Assembly: GCA_046154185.1 (NCBI GenBank)
Contig: JBJXGE010000032.1
Location: 19,848-83,847, forward strand
Origin: Planctomycetota bacterium
Lineage (GTDB): Bacteria; Planctomycetota; UBA8108; UBA1146; JAJFFE01
DNA: 64,000 nt
Direction of reading: 5' to 3'
Both the position numbers and the translations under genes were made by a program. Numbering within the stretch: the stretch's first letter is position 1; every line of letters begins with the position of its first letter. Shown here piece after piece: positions 18,688 through 32,044 of this stretch. Under the pieces are notes generated by a model, which was not told the DNA's origin, did no database searches, and saw only the letters and a program-made list of their open reading frames with translations.

Positions 18688-21600
18688 GTGTCCGCGGACT
18701 CTGTGCCCGGTGTTAGATTCGATAGCACGGCCTCGTTGCCCGCAAACGTCGCGGCGCTCGATGTCGTAGGCGCTCTTATCGGCGGGCGATATCGACTCGG
18801 GCCACTGCTTGGCCGCGGTGGTTCCGGGCAAGTTCACGCCGCGATCGACGTCGCAAACGATCACGAAGTCGCGATCAAGCTCATCATCGATTGTGCCCCA
18901 TCGGAAATCTCGCGCATCAGTCGCGAAGTCGCGGCACTCCGCCTCCTCCAGTTTCCCGGCGTCGTGCGCTTGCGCGGCGAAGGCCGCGACGGCGATCTCT
19001 TTTTCATCGTGATGGACCGCATCGACGGCACGCCGTTTCCCGGCCTCGCCGCGCCGCCAGTCGACTGGGAACGCATCGCGCCGACCGTCGAGGCGCTCCT
19101 CGAGTGTCTCGCGCGCGTCCATGCGACCGGCGTGCTGCATCGCGACCTCAAACCGAGCAACATTCTCGTCGACACGCACGGACGCCCGACCTTGCTCGAT
19201 TTTGGCTTGTCGTGGGGCCCAGAACTCGGTAGTCGCATTACCGGTCGCGGTCGACTCGTCGGCACGCCGCAATATCTCGCGCCCGAACAAATCTGCGGGC
19301 AACCGCTCGATGCCCGCACGGATCTCTACGCGCTCGGCGTCATGCTCTACGAAAGTCTTGGCAATCGCCCGCCGCACGCGACGCGTGACCTGCAGCAACT
19401 GCTCACGGCGCGGCTCGCCCGGCCGCCGATTCCCTTGCGACGCGTCGCGCCCGCAGTGCCCGAGCGCGTCGCTCAACTCATCGACGACTTGTTGGCGACC
19501 GATCCCGCTGAGCGGCCACGCTCAGCGTGGGCCGCGCTCGCGCGTTTGCGCGCCGAGAGCGGGCCGGAAGAATCTTTCACGCTTCCGCGCCTCGGCAATG
19601 ACTCGCTTCTCCACGATTCACTCGCCGCGCTGCGAGCCCGGCGTTCGATCGACATTTGCGGTGCACCCGGCGCCGGCAAGTCGCGTCTCTTACGCGACCT
19701 CGCCGATTCGGCGCAGCGAACCGGCGAGCGCGTGATCTGGGCATTACCCAGTCGCACGCCGTTCGGCTCGCTCGAGCAAGTGGCCGCGACCAGCGAATGG
19801 CACGGCGCTTCGCTCGACGAGCACCTGAACGGACTCGTGAATCAACTCATCACGCTCACGACGCACGGCTATATTTTGGTCGCGGACGATTGGGAGGCGC
19901 TCGACGAGTGGAGCCAGCAAGTCATCGAGCGCTGTCGTGGTCGCGCGTGCATCGTGCGCGCGAGCCGCGGCGAGCTTGCGCACGCGCTCCGCATCGAGCC
20001 GCTTTCGAAGCGCGAGTTACAGGCGTTGTTCGCGGGGCCCGACTTGGTTTGGCATCTGCGCGAAGACGCCGCGCACGAGTTGCATCGCCGGACGCTCGGC
20101 AATCCGGCGCGTGTGGTGGACGAAGTGCGGGTTTGGCTCACTTCCGGTATCGCGCGTTGGCAGGAGGAGGCGGCGAACGATGTGCGCGCGAGCGGCGCGT
20201 TCACAAGATCGCCCTCTGCCGCGCAGCAACTCGAAATCTCACGGCCGGCGCTCGATCGCCTGCGCGTCGGCTTGCCGGCGCTCTCGGGCACACTGCGCAT
20301 CGATGCTGCGCCGCCTTCGATGAGTTACGAGTTGGAAGACTTGCTCTGCTGGCTCCAGCTCGCGAGTCCGCACGCTTCGAAACAGCTACTCGCGCGCGCC
20401 ACCGGCCAAGCGGAATGGCAAGTAGAAGCGGGTCTCGTCCAGCTCGAACGCAAAGGCGCGATCCGTGCGCTCGTGAGCGGCGTTCACGAAGCGCTCGTGC
20501 CGGCGTCCGCGCTGCAAGGATGGGGATCCGATGCACAAGCGGCGGCGCATCGGAAGGTCGCAGGGCTCCTGCCTGCGGGTAGCGAAGGCCGACTCCAACA
20601 TCTCATCGCCGGCGGAGAAGACACCGCGGTGGTCGCCGAGGCGCTCGTCGTGGCACGGCACTGCATCGACGCCGGCCGCATCGGTGACGCGACGGCGGCG
20701 TTGGCCGAGGCGATGGCAGTGGCCCGAGGGCAAGCCAACGCGACGGGTGCGTTTGAGATTGCGGCCGAATGGACACGCGCGGTTTTCTCGCAAGCCACCG
20801 TCGCGGGATTCGCGAGTTTGCAGCGCGAATTGACGGTCTTGCTCAACGCGGGCTTGCCGGTCGCGCCGCTCGTCGCACTCGTGACGGCATCGATCGCCGC
20901 ACTCGGCGGTGTCGATAGAGAAAGCGACCCACACACGGCGTTGATGCTCGCGCGTGCGTTGCCAACATTCGAGCACGCGTCGCTCGAACACTGTCGCCAG
21001 AGTGTGCGCATCCTGGCGGCGAAGCGGCTCGGTCCAGCCGCGCACGAAGCAGAGCTGTCGGCGCTCGAGGCCGAAGCGAGCGCCACGGCGTCGCCCAAAA
21101 CGCGCGCGAATTTCGCGACTTGGCGCGCCCACTTGCTCTATACGCAAGGCCAGTTCGCCGCGGCGGCGCGACTCCACCTCGAGGCCGCGGCCGCGCTCGA
21201 TTCGGGACCGGCGCGCATCGGCGTCCTCTTGAATGCCGCGGCGAGTTGGCTCGAAGCGAACCTGCTCGCGGAAGCGGGCGAACTCGCGGAAGAGGCGGCG
21301 GCGCACGCCGCCGCCGGTCGACTGAGCTTGCTCGAAGCGCGCGCCCACTGGTTATTGCGCAGCATCGCCTATCGAAGCCGACGCTTGAGCGCGCCGAACT
21401 TCGAACTTGTCGATGCGGTCTCGCGACTCAATATCCCAGCGCTCACTGCGCAAGTTTGTTTGACGGAAGCGGCCTTGGCGTGGCGGCGCGGCGAACACAA
21501 ATCCGCCCGCGAACTCGCGCACGCCGCGGAAACTTCTTGGCGAACGGCCGGTCAGCCGCTCTTCGCAATGCTCGCGCATGGACTCGGCCGCGTCGCGGTG

Positions 21601-21852
21601 GATGCAAGAAGCGGCGGCCAGCCGCCGCTCCCCGAAGCGACCCTACTCAGCGCGCTCCGCGATTGCCGTCACCCGGCCATCGCCGTGCAAGTCATCGGCC
21701 TCGAACGGCGCGCGAGCGGCGGCGCTTCGCCGCAGGTCATCGAGCTGCAGGCCACCTACGCCGAAGCGTTGAAACGCGAAGACTGGCACGTCTGGCGTGA
21801 AGTGCTCGCGATTGCCGAAGCACTTGACCCCGAGATTCCAGCCGGCGGATGA
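18688..21852 (+). CDS. Ser/Thr kinase fused to a STAND-like P-loop NTPase and TPR-like helical region
   Basis: LGRGGSG, VAIK, HRDLKPSN, DFG, GTPQYLAPEQ, DLYALG; Walker A GAPGAGKS; Walker B ILVADD; GNP motif; Ala-rich helical C-terminus. Confidence 0.88.
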   Translation: MSADSVPGVRFDSTASLPANVAALDVVGALIGGRYRLGPLLGRGGSGQVHAAIDVANDHEVAIKLIIDCAPSEISRISREVAALRLLQFPGVVRLRGEGRDGDLFFIVMDRIDGTPFPGLAAPPVDWERIAPTVEALLECLARVHATGVLHRDLKPSNILVDTHGRPTLLDFGLSWGPELGSRITGRGRLVGTPQYLAPEQICGQPLDARTDLYALGVMLYESLGNRPPHATRDLQQLLTARLARPPIPLRRVAPAVPERVAQLIDDLLATDPAERPRSAWAALARLRAESGPEESFTLPRLGNDSLLHDSLAALRARRSIDICGAPGAGKSRLLRDLADSAQRTGERVIWALPSRTPFGSLEQVAATSEWHGASLDEHLNGLVNQLITLTTHGYILVADDWEALDEWSQQVIERCRGRACIVRASRGELAHALRIEPLSKRELQALFAGPDLVWHLREDAAHELHRRTLGNPARVVDEVRVWLTSGIARWQEEAANDVRASGAFTRSPSAAQQLEISRPALDRLRVGLPALSGTLRIDAAPPSMSYELEDLLCWLQLASPHASKQLLARATGQAEWQVEAGLVQLERKGAIRALVSGVHEALVPASALQGWGSDAQAAAHRKVAGLLPAGSEGRLQHLIAGGEDTAVVAEALVVARHCIDAGRIGDATAALAEAMAVARGQANATGAFEIAAEWTRAVFSQATVAGFASLQRELTVLLNAGLPVAPLVALVTASIAALGGVDRESDPHTALMLARALPTFEHASLEHCRQSVRILAAKRLGPAAHEAELSALEAEASATASPKTRANFATWRAHLLYTQGQFAAAARLHLEAAAALDSGPARIGVLLNAAASWLEANLLAEAGELAEEAAAHAAAGRLSLLEARAHWLLRSIAYRSRRLSAPNFELVDAVSRLNIPALTAQVCLTEAALAWRRGEHKSARELAHAAETSWRTAGQPLFAMLAHGLGRVAVDARSGGQPPLPEATLLSALRDCRHPAIAVQVIGLERRASGGASPQVIELQATYAEALKREDWHVWREVLAIAEALDPEIPAGG

Positions 21853-21907
21853 TAAGTGCTGCGCCGAATGAGCCGATTTTCGCATTTTCGAATCATCGGG
21901 AGGAATC

Positions 21908-22189
21908 ATGCTGCAAGTGGACCTGGGTACGATCGACGTCTTCACGATGCAAGTGAACGGGCAGAAGATCGCATCTGTCAGCATCGAACAAGGCGCGTCG
22001 CCGAATATCTACATCGAGACCTGGGTCGTGGTCCCCAATCTCTCGTTCCCGCTCAATGGGAGCTTTTGGGCGAAGCGCATCAGCAATGCGCCGACGCCGC
22101 TCGCCAGCCTCAAACAAAACTTGAACAGCGCCGACCGCGTCTTCGTCGTGCGGGCCGAGATTACGCAACTCACGGCGGAGAAATCCTGA
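21908..22189 (+). CDS. Small hypothetical protein (93 aa)
   Basis: Strong SD (GGGAGGA) just before the ATG; protein-like composition, unlike the Arg/Ala-rich shadow ORFs; fills the gap downstream of the kinase. Confidence 0.75.
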   Translation: MLQVDLGTIDVFTMQVNGQKIASVSIEQGASPNIYIETWVVVPNLSFPLNGSFWAKRISNAPTPLASLKQNLNSADRVFVVRAEITQLTAEKS

Positions 22190-23456
22190 CACCCGCAAGT
22201 ACCTTCGACTTCGCCAATGGGTCGTCCCCGAGTTTTTTCAACCACGCGAGCGCATAGTATGCCTCGAAGGTAGCAGGCGCTTTCACTAACAAATCGGCCA
22301 GCGTCGCCTCAGCTTTGGCGCGGTCCGACTGGTAGAGATCGCGGGCTTGGCCGAAGAGGCGGCGGCCTTCGACGCGCTGTTCGCCGCGCAGTTTTTCGTA
22401 GTGCTTGACGAGTTCGGCGGCGGTTTGCGTGGGACCGTGGAGGCGCCAGAACTCGAGCCACTTCGGGACCCATGCTTCACCTGGTTTCGTGGCCATCAGC
22501 TTGGCCATGGCGGCGACTTGCTTTTTCGCGGCGGCTTCGGCGGCTTTGATGATACCCTGCGCCGTTTGCTTGGCGCCGCCCTTCGCGCCGAGTTCGAGTG
22601 CCGTGCGCGCACTCTCGATCGCCCAGCCCCACTCGCCGAGTCCGGCCCACTTTTCGCCGAGCGCGGCGCACTTCTGCGCGTCATTCCCGACCTGGGAATC
22701 GAGCCAATCGAGCGCCTCGTCGACCGGCGCCAGCATGAATTCATGGCCGAGATTCTTCGGCGCGAAGAGTCGTAAGCGCGGGTATCCCATCGCGCGAAAC
22801 ACATCGTAGCCGTGCTTGCCGTCTTCGAAGGGCACCACTGGATCGCGCTGACCATGGATCACGGCGATCGCGATCTTGCGCTGCTTGGCGAGCAGATCCG
22901 GACGCTCTTCCCACAAGTTGGGTTCGTTCTGTGACCAGCAATTGCCCGCCATCGGAATTGCGCCGTGATAGAGGTCCGGAAAAAGTGTGATGACGCTGTA
23001 GGTCAGGAACCCGCCCTGCGAATGACCACCCACGTAGATGCGCGTCACGTTGAACGCGGCTTTCACATCGCGGGTGATTTCGGCGACGTAACGAGCGCTA
23101 TCGAACGTGAAGTTATTGGCGCCATAGGGCGCGTCACCGGTTTCGCCGTTCGGGCACACCAGGAGATCATCTTTCGCCCAGCCCATTTGCTCGAACGAAC
23201 CGAGATAATTCATGCCGTTCATGTTCGAGCCGTGCAGAAACACGACCATGCGCGCGCCGCGCTTCGCGTCGTAGCTCGCCGGCACACGCAAAAAATAGCG
23301 CATGCCGAGCTTCGCCTTCAGCAGCGCCTTCGTGCCGGGCTTGACCACGTTCGGCTGCTCGACTTCAGGCAATCGATCCTGCGCGGTAACCTCGGACGCA
23401 AGCCCAATCGCCAGGCCGACGACCAGCGTCGGCGCCCACAATGCGCGGTGAAACAT
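22170..23456 (-). CDS. Secreted alpha/beta-hydrolase (esterase) with helical C-terminal domain
   Basis: Signal peptide; VFLHGS; nucleophile GHSQGG; HGQRDPVV; LGHEF. Confidence 0.85.
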   Translation of the reverse strand: MFHRALWAPTLVVGLAIGLASEVTAQDRLPEVEQPNVVKPGTKALLKAKLGMRYFLRVPASYDAKRGARMVVFLHGSNMNGMNYLGSFEQMGWAKDDLLVCPNGETGDAPYGANNFTFDSARYVAEITRDVKAAFNVTRIYVGGHSQGGFLTYSVITLFPDLYHGAIPMAGNCWSQNEPNLWEERPDLLAKQRKIAIAVIHGQRDPVVPFEDGKHGYDVFRAMGYPRLRLFAPKNLGHEFMLAPVDEALDWLDSQVGNDAQKCAALGEKWAGLGEWGWAIESARTALELGAKGGAKQTAQGIIKAAEAAAKKQVAAMAKLMATKPGEAWVPKWLEFWRLHGPTQTAAELVKHYEKLRGEQRVEGRRLFGQARDLYQSDRAKAEATLADLLVKAPATFEAYYALAWLKKLGDDPLAKSKVLAGVRISPP

Positions 23457-23664
23457 CTGTCCATCCTGCCGGTGCTGACTTTGTATTTCGGAAGGCGCCC
23501 AAAACGCGGGCTATTTCATGATTCGCCCGGTTCGATTGCAAGCTCGACTCTGTAACTAATCGGTCACACGCGGGACCCCTTAGGTTGAGAAGCGACGAAT
23601 GCCGATACCGACGGAAGCGTCGCCAGCCGAGGTCGGCGCTGACACAAACTAAGGACACACAAGT

Positions 23665-25784
<2,120 letters not shown>

Positions 25785-25788
<4 letters not shown>

Positions 25789-28700
25789 ACCCACTCAAGG
25801 CGATCTGCGCCCACGGACAAAGCGTGTGGCTCGACACGATGAGCCGCAGTCTCATCGGCTCGGGGGAACTCAAACAGCTCATCGAGCGCGACGGCCTCAC
25901 CGGCGTCACCACGAATCCCGCCATCTTCGAGAAAGCGATCGCCGGTTCGGCCGACTACGATTCGATCATCAATACGCAGGCCCGCGCCATCCTGGACGCG
26001 AAAGCGATCTACGAGTCCATCGCGATCCGCGAAGTGCAGGAAGCCGCGGATCTCTTGTTTCCAGTCTACGAGCGCAGCGCGCGTCGCGATGGCTACGTGA
26101 GCCTCGAGGTCTCGCCGTTTCTCGCGCACGACACGACCGGCACGCTCGCCGAAGCGCGCCGACTTTGGCAGCGCGTCGCGCGACCAAATGTGATGATCAA
26201 AATCCCAGGTACGCCGGCCGGCATACCAGCCGTGCAAACACTCATCGCCGAAGGCGTGAACGTCAACGTCACGCTCTTGTTTCGCCGCGAGTTCTTCTTG
26301 GAAGTCGCTGAGGCCTTTGTGCGGGGGATCGAGTTGCGCGTCGAGAATGGCGGCGACCCAACCGGCGTGGCCAGCGTCGCGAGTTTCTTTGTGAGTCGGG
26401 TCGACACCCTCGTCGATGGCCTGCTAGCCGCGCGCATCCAGACTGAAACCGATCGCGAGCGTCGCACGCAACTAAAACAACTAGAGGGGCAGGCTGCGAT
26501 CGCGAACGCCAAGCAAGTCTACGACGACTGGCAGCAGTTGTTCGGCAGTGCCCGTTGGCAGACCTTGGCGGGACGCGGTGCCCAGCCGCAGCGGCTCTTG
26601 TGGGCATCGACGAGCACCAAGAATCCGGCGTACCGCGATGTCATGTACGTTGAAGGGCTCATCGGGCGCGATACCGTGAACACGCTGCCAGCGCCAACTT
26701 TCGCGGCGTTTCGCGATCACGGCGTCGTCGCCGAGACACTGTCGCAAGATCGCGCCGGCGCCCGCCGTACCATCGCCGCGCTCGCCGCGCACGGCATCGA
26801 CCTTGGGCAGGTTGCCGATCGGTTGCTCAACGAAGGCTTGCAGCTCTTCATGGACGCCTTTGATCGGCTGCTCGGCGCCGTCGAGCGGAAGCGCCAGGCT
26901 GTCCTCAAGAAAGACTTCGCGTCGCTGGCGATCGAACTGCCGGAGCCATTCAAGCGACTCGTCGATGCGCGCCTCGAGAACTGGCGCGCGACCGGCAATG
27001 TGCGCCGCCTGTGGGGCGCGGACGCCAGTCTGTGGAGTGGCGGCGACGAAGCGCGTTGGCTTGGCTGGCTCGACATCGCCCGGCAACTGGGCGGTACCGT
27101 CTCGCAACTCCAGAACTTCGCCGCCACGGTGCGCGCCAAGGGTTATTCGCACGCTTTGCTGCTCGGCATGGGCGGATCGAGCCTGGGCCCGGAAGTCCTC
27201 AAGCTGACTTTCGGAGCTAAACGCGGCTACCCGAAACTCGAAGTGCTCGACTCCACGGATCCCGCACAAGTGCGGGCGATCGAGGAACGCATCGATCTCG
27301 CGAACACGCTGTTCATTGTGTCGAGTAAGAGCGGTAGCACGCTCGAGCCGAACATTTTCAAAGACTACTTCTTTGCGCGGCTTGTCGAGCGCGTCGGCCC
27401 GGTGCAAGCGGCCGAGCAGTTTGTCGCGATCACCGATCCAGGTTCACAACTCGAGCGCGATGCGCGCCGCGATGGTTTCGCCAGCGTCTTTTCCGGCGTC
27501 GCGTCGGTCGGCGGTCGCTACTCCGTGTTGTCGATGTTCGGTATGGTGCCGCTCGCCGCGAGCGGCATCGACGTCGAGCGTTACGTCAACGCGACGCAAT
27601 CGATGGTGCACGCTTGCGCGGCGTGGGTGCCGCCCACCGAGAATCCAGGCGTACAGCTCGGTGTCGCGCTCGGCGAGTTGGCGCTCAAAGGTCGCGATAA
27701 GCTCACGATCGTCGCGTCGCCCGGTATCTTCGATCTCGGCGCTTGGCTCGAACAACTCGTCGCCGAATCGACGGGCAAATCGGGCCTCGGCATCATTCCC
27801 GTCGATCGGGAGAACGTCACCGCGCCGGCCGCCTACGGCGCCGATCGATTGTTCGTGTACTTGCGCCTCGACGACGCCCCCGACGCCGCCCAAGATTCGG
27901 CCATCAACGCGCTCGCACGCGCCGGTCACCCGGTCGTGCGGATCCAGCTCCCCCACCGCTACACGCTCGGCGCGGAGTTCTTTCGGTGGGAAATCGCGAC
28001 CGCGGTGGCGGGCGCGATTCTCGGCATCAATCCGTTCAATCAGCCCGACGTCGAGGCCAGCAAGATCGAAACAAAAAAACTGACCGACGCCTACGAGCAT
28101 GCCGGCAAACTGCCGAGTGAAGCGCCGGTGTTTGTGTCCTCGACCGGCATTGCAGTCTATGCCGATGCGGACAACGCAAAGTCGCTCCGGCTCGCGCAAG
28201 CCGGCGACGACTTAGCGACGGCGCTGCGTGCGCTCCTCGCGCGTCTCGCGCCTGGCGATTACTTTGCAATCCTCGCGTACCTCCACATGAGTGACGAGTT
28301 TCACGGCGTGCTGCAGGACATCCGCCACATGGTGCGCGATGCGACGCGCAGCGCGACTTGCCTCGGTTTCGGACCACGGTTTCTCCACTCGACCGGCCAA
28401 GCTTACAAAGGGGGACCGAATAGCGGCGTGTTTCTGCAAATCACCGGTGCTGACGCGACGGATTTGGGGGTGCCGGGTCGCAAATTTACATTCGGCGTCG
28501 TGAAAGCCGCGCAAGCGCGCGGCGACTTGCAAGTGCTCATCGAGCGCCGGCGACGCGCGTTGCGCATTCACTTGCCGGCCGACACGCGGGCCGGCCTGCG
28601 CGTGTTGCGCGACGCCGTGCGCCAAGCGCTGATCCAACTCGCGGAAGCGCGTGAACCGTCAACCGAAGCGAGTGAGGAGGTTGGCACAAGATGCAATTAG
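25785..28700 (+). CDS. tal: Bifunctional transaldolase / glucose-6-phosphate isomerase
   Basis: Tal part: [40 protein letters not shown]. Pgi part: [47 protein letters not shown] overlap with tkt. Confidence 0.95.
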
Positions 28701-29680
28701 GGATGATCGGGCTCGGTCGCATGGGCGGCAATATGGTGCGTCGCTTGATGCGCGGCTCGCACGATTGCGTGGTCTACGATTTGAGCGCGGAGCAGGTGCA
28801 GAAACTCGTCGCGGAAGGCGCAACGGGCGCAGCGTCATTCGAACAACTCGCCAGTCGCCTCGCGCGGCCGCGCGTCGTTTGGGTCATGGTGCCCGCGGGC
28901 GATGCCACCGAAAAAACCATAACGGCGATTGCACGCTGCCTCGACAGCGGCGACATCGTGATCGACGGCGGCAACTCGTATTTCAAAGATGATGTGCGAC
29001 GCGCCGCCATGCTCAAAACGACGGGCATTCACTTCGTCGACGCGGGCACGTCGGGCGGTGTTTGGGGACTCGAACGCGGCTATTGCCTCATGGTCGGCGG
29101 TGATAAATCCGCGATCAAGACGATCGAGCCGATTTTGCGAACGTTGGCGCCGGGGCGTGGCGCGATTCCGCCGACACCCGGTCGCGACGACTTGCCGCAC
29201 GCTGGCACCGCCGAAGAAGGCTACCTGCACTGCGGTCCAGTCGGCGCCGGTCATTTTGTGAAAATGATCCACAACGGGATCGAGTACGGACTCATGCAAG
29301 CGTACGCAGAAGGCTTCGATATTCTGCGCAACGCCGGGCAGCAGAGCTTGCCGGCGGACCAACGCTACGAGTTGCCGCTCGCCGAAATCGCCGAGCTTTG
29401 GCGCCGCGGCAGCGTCGTCGGTTCGTGGCTCCTCGACCTCACGGCGATGGCGTTGTGCGAAGACCCGGCGCTAAGTCATTACACGGGCTTCGTGCAGGAT
29501 TCCGGCGAAGGGCGTTGGACCGTCATGGCGGCGGTCGAGGAAGCGGTGCCGGCAGATGTGTTGTCAGCCGCGCTCTACGCGCGTTTTCGCTCGCGCCAAG
29601 ACCACACATTCGCGGAGAAGATTCTCAGCGCGATGCGCGAGAAGTTCGGCGGACACGTCGAAAGAACGACCGGCAAATAG
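28691..29680 (+). CDS. gnd: 6-phosphogluconate dehydrogenase (decarboxylating, short YqeC type)
   Basis: [51 protein letters not shown]. Confidence 0.96.
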   Translation: MQLGMIGLGRMGGNMVRRLMRGSHDCVVYDLSAEQVQKLVAEGATGAASFEQLASRLARPRVVWVMVPAGDATEKTITAIARCLDSGDIVIDGGNSYFKDDVRRAAMLKTTGIHFVDAGTSGGVWGLERGYCLMVGGDKSAIKTIEPILRTLAPGRGAIPPTPGRDDLPHAGTAEEGYLHCGPVGAGHFVKMIHNGIEYGLMQAYAEGFDILRNAGQQSLPADQRYELPLAEIAELWRRGSVVGSWLLDLTAMALCEDPALSHYTGFVQDSGEGRWTVMAAVEEAVPADVLSAALYARFRSRQDHTFAEKILSAMREKFGGHVERTTGK

Positions 29681-29709
29681 CGCTCATACCCAGAGGAAGC
29701 GACGCTCTT

Positions 29710-31266
29710 ATGGCGACTGCGCCTGAACCTACTGAACACTCGACGCGCACGGCGCGCGTGGCGGACGCCTGCACCATGGTGATTTTCGGCGCCACCGGAG
29801 ACCTCACCAAACGCAAGCTTTTGCCCGCACTTCACAATCTCTACCTTTCCGAGCTGTTGCCGCGCGACTTTGCAATAGTTGGTTTCGCCCGTGGTGAAGC
29901 AACGGACGCCGCGTTTCGTGCCGCAGTGCGCGACGACTCAGAAGTCGCCTCGAGCGGGATCGATGCCGCGGCGGCGAAGTGGTTCGAAGAGCGGATTCAC
30001 TACGTCGGCGGCGGTTACGATGATCCGGCCGCGTTCAAGCGACTGCGAGCGACGCTCGACGAAACGTCGCGCCGGCACGGCACCCGCGGCAACGCGATCT
30101 ACTATCTCGCAACACCACCCGAGCTATTCAATGGCATCGTCACGCAACTCGCCGCCGAAGGACTAACGCAGGAGCAAGCGAATACGTGGCGGCGCGTCAT
30201 CGTCGAGAAACCCTTCGGTCGCGACCTTGAAAGTGCGCGCCAACTCAATCAAGACTTGCAGGCGAAAATCTCTGAGCAGCAGATCTATCGCATCGACCAC
30301 TATCTCGGCAAAGAGACGGTGCAGAACATCTTGGTGTTCCGGTTCGCCAACGGCATCTTTGAGCCAATTTGGAATCGCCAGTACATCGATCACGTGCAGA
30401 TTACCGTCGCCGAGTCGGTCGGCGTCGAAGAACGCGCCGGTTACTACGAAAACGCCGGTGCGCTGCGCGACATGGTGCAGAATCACCTCTTTCAACTGCT
30501 TGCGCTCATCGCCATGGAGCCCCCGTCGTCGTTCGGCGCCGACGCCGTGCGCGACGAAAAGACGAAAGCGTTGCGCGCGATTCAGCCGCTGACGTTGCAA
30601 GACGTGCTGAACAACACCGTGCGGGGGCAATACGGCTCCGGCCTCATCGGCGATCGGCCGGCACCAGGCTATCGCCAAGAGAAGCGCGTGAATCCGAGTT
30701 CTAGCACCGAGACGTTCGTCGCCATGCGACTCACAATCGACAATTGGCGTTGGGCGGGCGTGCCCTTTTACTTGCGCACGGGCAAGCGCCTCGCGCAGCG
30801 CACGACGGAGATCGCGATTCAGTTCAAAGCGGCGCCGCAGGTGATGTTTCGCGGCACTGCTTCGGAGGTCACCGAGCCCAACTCGCTCGTCCTCCACCTC
30901 CAGCCGCGCGAAGGCATCTCGCTGAATTTTCAGGCGAAGCGACCGGGCGCCGTCGTTGAGACGGGCGAAGTGACGATGGACTTCGAGTACTCGAAACACT
31001 TCGGGACTCAACCGAGCACCGGGTATGAAACGTTGCTCTTCGATTGCATGTGCGGCGATCCAACTTTGTTTCAACGTGCGGATAGCGTCGAAGCCGGTTG
31101 GAAAGTTGTCATGCCGATCTTGGATTTCTGGCAGGGTGTGCCGGAGCGCGCCTTCCCGAATTACTCGGCAGGGAGCGACGGACCGAAGGCGGCCGACCTG
31201 TTGCTCGCGCGCGACGGGCGCCACTGGCATCGTCCGCGCGGCGCGAAGCAGGCGCCGCGTGCTTGA
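29710..31266 (+). CDS. zwf: Glucose-6-phosphate 1-dehydrogenase (start trimmed to ATG 29710)
   Basis: IFGATGDLTKRKL, EKPFG, YRIDHYLGKE, RDMVQNH, RWAGVPFYLRTGK. Confidence 0.96.
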   Translation: MATAPEPTEHSTRTARVADACTMVIFGATGDLTKRKLLPALHNLYLSELLPRDFAIVGFARGEATDAAFRAAVRDDSEVASSGIDAAAAKWFEERIHYVGGGYDDPAAFKRLRATLDETSRRHGTRGNAIYYLATPPELFNGIVTQLAAEGLTQEQANTWRRVIVEKPFGRDLESARQLNQDLQAKISEQQIYRIDHYLGKETVQNILVFRFANGIFEPIWNRQYIDHVQITVAESVGVEERAGYYENAGALRDMVQNHLFQLLALIAMEPPSSFGADAVRDEKTKALRAIQPLTLQDVLNNTVRGQYGSGLIGDRPAPGYRQEKRVNPSSSTETFVAMRLTIDNWRWAGVPFYLRTGKRLAQRTTEIAIQFKAAPQVMFRGTASEVTEPNSLVLHLQPREGISLNFQAKRPGAVVETGEVTMDFEYSKHFGTQPSTGYETLLFDCMCGDPTLFQRADSVEAGWKVVMPILDFWQGVPERAFPNYSAGSDGPKAADLLLARDGRHWHRPRGAKQAPRA

Positions 31267-32020
31267 ACGCCGACATGTGCTCTTCGTCGAACCGGATGCG
31301 GAACGAGTCGCGGCGCACGCGGCGCGACTCGTCGCGGAGGCGTTGAATGCAGCGGTCGCAGCGCGTGGTCGTGCGACCGTCGCGCTCGCGGGTGGCGGCA
31401 CGCCGAAGGCGCTCTACCGGTTACTCGTCGCGGACACTGCGGTCGGCGGCTACCGCCAAGCGCTGCCCTGGCCGCAACTCCACTTCTTCTTCGGCGACGA
31501 ACGACCGGTGGCCCCGGAACATGCCGACAGCAACTATCGGATGGCGCGCGAGACACTCTTCGCGTCCGGCCTCGTTGCGGACGGACAAGTGCATCGCGTC
31601 GCGGGCGAGCTCGGAAACGCACAGGAAGCCGCCGCACAATACGAGCGCGAACTCGTGCGCTACTTTGGCGTCGCACCATCCGCGTGGCCGCGCTTCGATG
31701 TCGTGCTGCTCGGTCTCGGCAGCGACGGTCACACGGCATCACTTTTTCCCGGCACGCTCGACCAAATTCCCGCCGCCCGCTGGGTCGCGGCCCCGCACGT
31801 GGATCGGCTTGGCGCCGCTCGCATCACGTTGACACCCGGCGTGTTCAATCACGCGGCGCTCGTGATATTCCTCGTCACCGGCCGCGAAAAATCCGGCGCG
31901 CTGAGACAGTTGCTCACCGGTGACTGCGATCCCGAGCAACTCCCGAGTTCCGCGATCGCGCCCGTGGCGGGGCGCCTCGTCGTTGTCGCCGACGCCGCGG
32001 CCGCAAGCGAACTCAGCTAG
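31259..32020 (+). CDS. pgl: 6-phosphogluconolactonase (start trimmed to GTG 31259)
   Basis: ALAGGGTP, FFGDERPV, DSNYRMA, LLGLGSDGHTASLFP, RITLT; overlaps the zwf stop by 8 nt. Confidence 0.93.
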   Translation: MLERRHVLFVEPDAERVAAHAARLVAEALNAAVAARGRATVALAGGGTPKALYRLLVADTAVGGYRQALPWPQLHFFFGDERPVAPEHADSNYRMARETLFASGLVADGQVHRVAGELGNAQEAAAQYERELVRYFGVAPSAWPRFDVVLLGLGSDGHTASLFPGTLDQIPAARWVAAPHVDRLGAARITLTPGVFNHAALVIFLVTGREKSGALRQLLTGDCDPEQLPSSAIAPVAGRLVVVADAAAASELS

Positions 32021-32044
32021 CTTGGGCGGAGGAAGAGTAGTCCC

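Noticed and set aside
29398-29709. Apparent N-terminal extensions of zwf, and likewise of pgl, EamA, TRL, trxB, LonC and the dehydrogenase, in the ORF track
   Set aside because: They overlap upstream genes or non-coding DNA; better starts with an SD or stop/start coupling lie downstream.
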